Source: Octopus sinensis (Eukaryota). From it: DNA of 64,000 bases. Positions 54,701-62,900 of this stretch are shown piece by piece (within the stretch, counting starts at the first letter, position 1; each line of letters begins with the position of its first letter). The notes beneath the pieces were generated by a model, which made no database searches, was not told the origin of the DNA, and saw nothing but the letters and a program-made list of their open reading frames with translations. Location: contig NC_043001.1 of the NCBI RefSeq assembly GCF_006345805.1, positions 44,144,001 through 44,208,000 on the forward strand, in the 5' to 3' direction. The position numbers and the translations under genes were made by a program.

Positions 54701-57700
54701 ATTCTGACCACTAGGTAATGATTATTTAGATTAATTCGATTGGCTAGTAGTTTGAAATTTAAATCACAAAAGAAATTTTACGGTTAGTTAGTCAAGGAAC
54801 GCCAATATTCACACGCGCATCCACAGATCAATCGTACATACATACATAATTATATGTATACACACACACATACACTTATACACATACATAACCACAAGCA
54901 ACAACTAGCACATAGATAAACAAATAGGGGAGCAACTATGCTGCCATTTAGTCCTTCAAAATTATAACTATGCCTCAAATAACAAAAAAGATCCACTCAT
55001 GCATTTCCATAAAATATTTATTTTAAAGATATATATATTTTTAAATATCAGTATGTTACGAAGTCAGATACTATTTCATTGGGTAACTTAAAATTTATAA
55101 CACCGGTTTATTGCATAGTAAACATACCGGTTATTAGATTTACCGTAAGTTTGTTATGATTCCAAGTACGCTAAGTTATAAAATATATTAATTTATATAT
55201 TATAAATATATCTCTTTTTTACTTAATAAATTCAATGCCATAATACACCAGATTAGGCATTAAATAATATCAACATGGGGAAGTACTAATGCATTCGTAT
55301 ATAAGAACATCACAGAAATTTTTAAAAATTTATATATTATAAATACTTAAGATAAAATGTGATAAAATAAATAAGAAGGAATAATTACGGTTACACACAT
55401 ATTATAAGTACAAACCAGTATATATGTATTCATATATTATTAAAATAAAAATAAATGATAGATATGTATGTATAAAACTACACTTGTATAAGTAAATAAG
55501 TAAAAAATAAATAGATAACAAATTAGATGACTTGATATGTATGTATAAATCTACACTTAAATAAGCAAATAAATAAATAATTAGAAGACTAAATGCAGAG
55601 ATAGATACCATTACAATAAAATAAAAAATAAAGTGAATATATATATTATATTGATGAAAGTAAATATGTATGGAAGGATAATTTAAAGTACAGATCCAGA
55701 AGACTATAGATATAAACTAAATATATAAGGCTGGTAATATTTATAAAGCCAAATGTTTGTAAATGAAAAGGTTTATTAGTAAATAGCATAAGATACAAAT
55801 TAAGGTGAGTACAAAGAAAGACCAAATATACAATATAAACCTGCCAAATAAACACATACAAAAAACCTAGATTCTCAACCTAAACAGACCAAACTCATAA
55901 AAGGCTCTCATATATTACATATTACACAATAGCATTACATTATCTAGAGCTAGGTATCTAACCAAGATATACATATACACTATGCAATATTAGAAAACTT
56001 CAAAAATCACATATTACAAGGCAAATACCAAAATGAATATGTTATTTCATGTCATATTGCATTTCCCTTAAAAACAAGACAAAAACCCACACATAAAAAA
56101 CAAGAAACAATTAATACTAGACACATCTATTATTATTATACAAATGTAGCTATAAAATTATAAAATTATAAAATTATAAATTTATAAGTTGCATACTTTA
56201 GAATTATAGAAGACCACTGGTATAGTTAGTTATAGAAGGGAGTTAAAAAATTATTAATAGTAGAAGTGCTAAGTTCTATTTGAATCTAGAAAAGGTGAAC
56301 GGTAGTCTATGAATGCAAAAAAGTTTTTTTCATTTATGTTGTTAATAATTTGCCTACCCGCTTTAATAATGAAAAAAATTTCATTAATACATAGAGAGCA
56401 TTTTTTATTTTTTCCATTATACACAGGTGCTGAAGTTAGTATTTTCCAGTTTAATCTAAAATCTAAGTTCTTACTTTTAGTTCCCAGATGTATGCACTTA
56501 GCCCTGTAGAGTACATTCTATTTTTATTTCTAAAAGTATATCTGTGATAATTCAATCTCTGTTTTATGCTATTCATAGTTGCCCCGATGTACACCCTACT
56601 ACTCAATTGTGTATCTACAGTGCATTGGTAAACTACCTCCTTCCTGAGGCATTGATTACCAAACACACATTTATTTCTGTTTCTGCAATTACAAAGATTA
56701 ACAGAATGAGGTAATCTAAGATTGGTCCCCACCCCTGTACCACCATTCACATTATAAGTGTTACAATTGTTATCATCATCCAAACCCAAAAACAACGAAT
56801 GAGTTAATTTCACATTATTGGCTATATTCCTATCACTAGTACTAGTATTGGTAGTAGTAGTATCATCTATTACATTTATATTATCCCTAGCAGGTACGGT
56901 GCACTCATAATTAGTAAGGGGGTTGTTCACATTAGTTCCAAGAAAGTTTCTGTTCCTATTATTATTAAAGAGGGGCAAATTTCCATTGTCTAAATTCAAT
57001 TTTCTATCCTTATAGAAGTAATCTAGTTTCCTGTTATTAAAAGAGGAGATAATGGTGGCTAGATTATGAGTAATGCTATATCCCACTCTAACAGTACCAT
57101 TGTTAATTAAAGGACTAAATTTATTCTTATCCTTACCAAAATGCCTAAATATAACATTATGCAAAGCTCTCACTATATTTGTTTTAATCTGCATTGCATA
57201 TGGGATAATCAGCCAGAGTGTATCCTTATCAGAATTAGGATTGCCTATCGAATTATTGTTATTTGTAAAAATCCTATTCCTAGACCAACCCACAAGTTTA
57301 CTATTCTTACCACTGTCATTGTTATATCTATCTATATCAATATTCCCATGATTATTACGCAAGTAAACTTTACCATTATCATGTCTACCATAAGTTTTAA
57401 TATGTATATTATTATTAATATTACTACTATTACCCGTTTGCTCAGATCTATTTAAGCTACCGTTCACCTTTCCGAGGTTAACATCACCTCTACAATTATT
57501 ATAGGTGTTATCATATATTCTATTTTTTCTATTCTTATGTTTATTATTGTTTATCCTAAATCTATTGGTGTTGTTCCTAATAGTTCCACCTCCATTAGGA
57601 GGGTTCCCCTTAGGTATAAACCATATCTTACTTTTGTATCCTGCCTTAAGCAATGCTGCATTGTATCTATCACAATGCTTGTTAAAAATTTCCTCGTTAG

Positions 57701-59884
57701 AGGATAAACTAGAAATTCTCTGACTAATGCTATGCACTAGTGCATTTTTAATTTGAGGGGGGTGATTACTTGAACGGTTAATATATATTAGGTTAGAATT
57801 AGGTTTAATATAAGGTTCATGTAATCCATTAGTAATGTTACAATTAACATCTAAATAATTAGCAGAATAATTTTCACTTTCAATGATAATGGATAGGCCG
57901 AAATATTGCTATTCCAATATATTATGATGTCGATACTGTGAACCGCGTGATGCATATATTGTTGTTATTAATAATAATAATATTAATATTAGTAGCAATG
58001 GTGCTAATGGTAATAATAATGATGGTAATATTAATGGCATTTTGTAACTTAATATAATGAACTCTTGACTTTGTATATCATCATCATCATCATCATCGTT
58101 TAACGTCCGTTTTCCGCGCTAGCACGGGTTGGACGGTTTGACCGGGGTCTGGGAAGCCAGGGGCCGCTCCAGGCTCCAGTCTGATCTGGCAGAGTTTCTA
58201 CGGCTGGATGCCCTTCCTAACGCCAACCACTCCGCGAGTGGAGTGGGTGCTTTTTACGTGCCACCTGCACAGGGGCCGGGGGGTCCGGCATCGGTCACGA
58301 TCGGTTCGAGCTTTTCTAGAGTTGAGTTTGGGGGGGGTCCAGCTGAGAAAGGTTCCACCAGTGAAAAGAGAGGGAGAGATAGTAGGGGAGTGCAGGTAAT
58401 ATAGGGAAGCACCAGTGGGGAAGGTTGGGGTAAGGAGGAACGATGACAGGGAAGGGTTAGTGCAGGTTCGTAAAAAATAAAAACGTAGGATATCACGAGG
58501 CGGGGAGGGGACTGGAAGGAGATAGTCGGATTGAGGCAGTGACAGATTCAAAACAGGAGGTAACGTAAGATCAGTGGGGCGGTTCATGAGCTGCGGCGCT
58601 AGCAGCTTGTCTTGGTGGGGGGAAGGGGTAGTACACAGTGAAAGCATGTGAGGAGGAGGGGTAGGAGGGAGAGACACACGTAATGGTGGTGGGGAGGAGG
58701 AGCGCATATCCGGTGTAGATGGTGAGAACAGTGTTCACCGGTATTGGTGGTGGGAGGGCGGGGGCATCGCCAAATGGCGGAAAGATGGAATTAAGGATTG
58801 AAGGTAACCTTAAACGGTTAAATTTCGTAGAGAAAGATAGGAAAAACAAAGCAAGTTAAGACATTTAACGAATGAGCAACGAATGAGAGGTACGAAAGAT
58901 AAATGAGATAAAAATCTTATATGTGCATTTAAATATAGATATGTGTATGTTTGTATATTGTAATATTCTAATATATTGTGTTGACCAACTGTAACCTTGA
59001 ATATAGAACATATGTATGTATATTGTTGTATATTATTATATATATGTGTGTGTATATATATATATATATGAGTATGGGTATATGCACTCATATGCATGTG
59101 TATATTATATATTATGGGTATGTACCCACTCTTGTATGGGTGTACCTCCTCTGATATTTATATTTAGTTTAGTTTGTACTTTATAATCTCTGAAGAGGCC
59201 TTGGGATATTTTTTTAAGTGTCTCATTTATAACCGCATATTAACTTATCACACCTGGCTAATATGAGCATAATGAGATACCCATATCTGCATGGCTGAAA
59301 CAGCTGTAAGATGTAGTTTATATTTATATTCACTTATACATATTGTATCATATTACTCATTGATGTGCATTGTTTTGTTCTATACTGTTATGTTTGACCT
59401 TGATGTTCATATGTAGTGGGTTAATAAATTATGTGATTGGGTATTATATGGTAGTTGATTATTGATTAAGGTGTATTTTTCCATTTTCTTATTTTGTATA
59501 TATATATATATAGACTCAGGAGTGGCTGTGTGGTAAGTAGCTTGCTTACCAGCTACATGGTTCCGGGTTCAGTCCCACTGCATGGCAACTTGGGCAAGTG
59601 TTTTCTACTATAGCCTTGGGTCGACCAAAGCCTTGTGAGTGGATTTGGTAGACGGAAACTGAAAGAAGCCCATCGTATATATGTGTGTGTGTCTGTGTTT
59701 GTCCCCCAACATCGCTTGACAACTGATGCTGGTGTGTTTACGTTTCCAGAAACTTAGCAGTTCGGCAAAAGAGACTGATAGAATAAGTACTAGGCTTACA
59801 AAGAATATGTCCTGTGGTCGATTTCTTCGACTAAAAGCAGTGCTCCAGCATGGCCACAGTCAAATGACTGAAACAAGTAAAAGA

Positions 59885-59935
<51 letters not shown>

Positions 59936-62900
59936 CTCCTTTTTTTTGAATAGTTAGGTGTGGTTTGAAGGAGGTTTGTCAACTGTTTCTAGTAGGGTGA
60001 ACAACCACATAAAGTCTTCCTCTTTGGCTTGCTCTAGATATTTGTGTATGTGTGTAGAATTTTGTTGAAAGTAATGTAGAAATACACTGATGAGGACATA
60101 AGACACAGCAGAGAAGTATGATCTCAAGAGACTGAATTTCATGGCAGAAACGATCAAGGACTGTAACAAATTGCAAGATGCAATGCTGGGAAAGATCTAT
60201 CAAACTATTCAAACACAATATGTAAAAATAACAACACTACCAACACCACCCTATAAGGAAAAATTAGCTTTGATTGGATTTAAATTCAGAATGTACCCAT
60301 GGAAACTTTCTAATCATGCATATCATATCAATTATTGAATGACTAAATTTGAAATATAGGTGCAGGTAAGTCTGTGTTAAGAAGTTTACTTTGTAACATT
60401 TCAGGTTCAGTCCGGCTGTGTGGCACCTTGGGCAAGTGTCTTAATGCCCCATGAGTGAATTTGGTAAATGGAAACGGTGTGGAAGCCCATTATATATATG
60501 ATTCTAATATAGTGACCTTCTGGCCTCATCTTGAGGCCCTGTTCTTTCCTCTTCCCTTCATTTATTTTATTTTATTTATTTATTATATTTGTATTCACTC
60601 TAATGAAGCTCCATGTACTAGATCGAATGTGCTATAAAGATGGTGAATATTATTTTCAGAATTTTCTTTGTAAGTATTGATTGACATCAGCAGCTGAAAT
60701 GGCCGTAAGAAATGTTATATATTAAAAAATGATGAATTTATGTTGGTTAATTTGTTTGTTGATCAAAAGTTTTTCCCATTTTCTGCTTACTTAAATTTAT
60801 GTATGTCGATTATTTTGACTAAAACCCTTTGTGTGACTGAAGCAAGTAAAAGATAAAAGATATAAGAAATGGATATTTTGAATGGTTTCATTCTCTCTCA
60901 AAAAGGAAAAAAGCAAATGAAAATGGCTCCTCCAATTAATGCTGAGTCAGTCTATAGAGATCTTTATCTTAGCATTACTAGATTTCCTTTTATAGTCTGA
61001 AGCCAGTGTAGGACTATGTATTTGCTACCTCCTTTGACTACAGCTCTATCTTTTATTTGTTTTAGTCACTGGGATGCAGCCATACTGTGGCACTGCCTTG
61101 AAAGGTTTTAGCTGAACAGATCAACTCTTGTATTTATTCTGTTGGTCCTTTTTGCTGAACCACTAAGTTACTGGGGTGTAAACAAACCAACACCAGTTGT
61201 CAAGAGATGGTGAGGGAACAAACACCCCCACACACACATACATACATATATATATATGTATGTATGTATGTGCCTGAGGCTATAGCAGAACTCATAGCTT
61301 TCAACAAAAGTGCCAGACGATGGGACTGAACTTAGAACCATCATCATCGTTGTTGTTGTCGGCAAGTAAACACTTTACTACACAGCCATGCCTGAAAGTT
61401 AATCAGTGAATTTAGACTAATTATCTAACTGCGCAATTGATATTTCTTATTGATCTTCTCATGAATGAAAATACTTATGTACAATACTTGTATTTTATTA
61501 CTGACAAATCTTATCCTCTTTCTTCTGTAGGACCAAGTTTCTTAGTGATAATTGGATGAGTCAACGAAATTTCCTGAAATTAGATAAACCACAACTGAAT
61601 GATGAATGGTTGGTAATAAAATATATTCAATTTCTCCTTGGAAATTCTTAATGACCCTGTGAAATGTGTGTGTGTCTAACTATCATATTGAGTGTTAAAT
61701 GTGTATGAGTGACTATTACATCAAATGTATGAATAATTGTTAACCCTTTCGTTACCATATTTCTGACCAAAATACACCCCTTATGTGTTTCAATTAATTT
61801 CTAACGTAATCATAAATTTAGTCTGGTTTCATTAAACAACTATAACTTTTTTATTTATCAATATATTAACTTGAGTTTTGGAAGATAATTTAATGAAATG
61901 TTCTAAACCAATTCTATACTATAATTTTTGTCACAAAGTGACTCTAATTGCAGGTAGATACAGGTAAATTCAACAAAATATAAAATTATTAAAATTTTGT
62001 TCAAACATTGCTATAGAAAATGGGTTATTAGCTAATATTCAATTGGGTATACAACAAAATTTTACGATAGAATTTGTTATTCTGGGTAACTTTCTGATAC
62101 CCATAATAATATTTATGGCAAAATAGGCCTTAATTTCATTTAAGGTTGTGGGAAATAACAAACTGTCGTTTCTTTCGCTTTGTTTACGTTTAGCGTAACA
62201 GTTCGTTTCCGCCGTAATGATTTCAAATAGACTCATTCGAAAAAGTAAAAAGAAATAGTCTAAGGCTTTACTCTTCTGGGAAAGTCTGTGGCTTGGTCCA
62301 GTTTCTTCAGAAAAATCACCGAAAGAAACAGTTTTTAAATTTTCACTCCATTCAGGTGCCAATTCATTTTCTTTATCGGTCAGAGCTCTCGAATTCACTG
62401 TTTTCACTTTCGGAAAATGAAACATCAGATTCATTATCAAATACCACATGCTTTTTTTTTTCAGTCATCGAGTTAGATTTATCAAGGTCTTCAGTAGAAA
62501 ATCCTTCGAATTCTGACTCGCTGCTTGATATAATGAAATTTGTATCCATTTTTTGTCAGAATTACAAATTTTGAAAACACAATAGGAACAAATTTCGGAA
62601 AAAAACCTCCCAAAATTCACGGAATTAAAATTACACTTCGATTTTTGTACAAAACTGTAGTTGAACTGTTTACGAAGTATAATACGTGTTTTCACAAATG
62701 TACTAAAGAGATTTGCTCTGATATTCTCATTTAAATATGAATAGGTAAATTCGGGCGGCTTGGTCACATTAACCAAAATTTTTTTCGGGCGGTTTCGTAA
62801 CGAAAGGGTTAAATCAAAACTGAGTAGATTGTATAATATTGCTTTGGTATAAAGTTTGTCTCTTTGGCTGGTGAGTTTTGTAACAAATGAAATTATTCAG

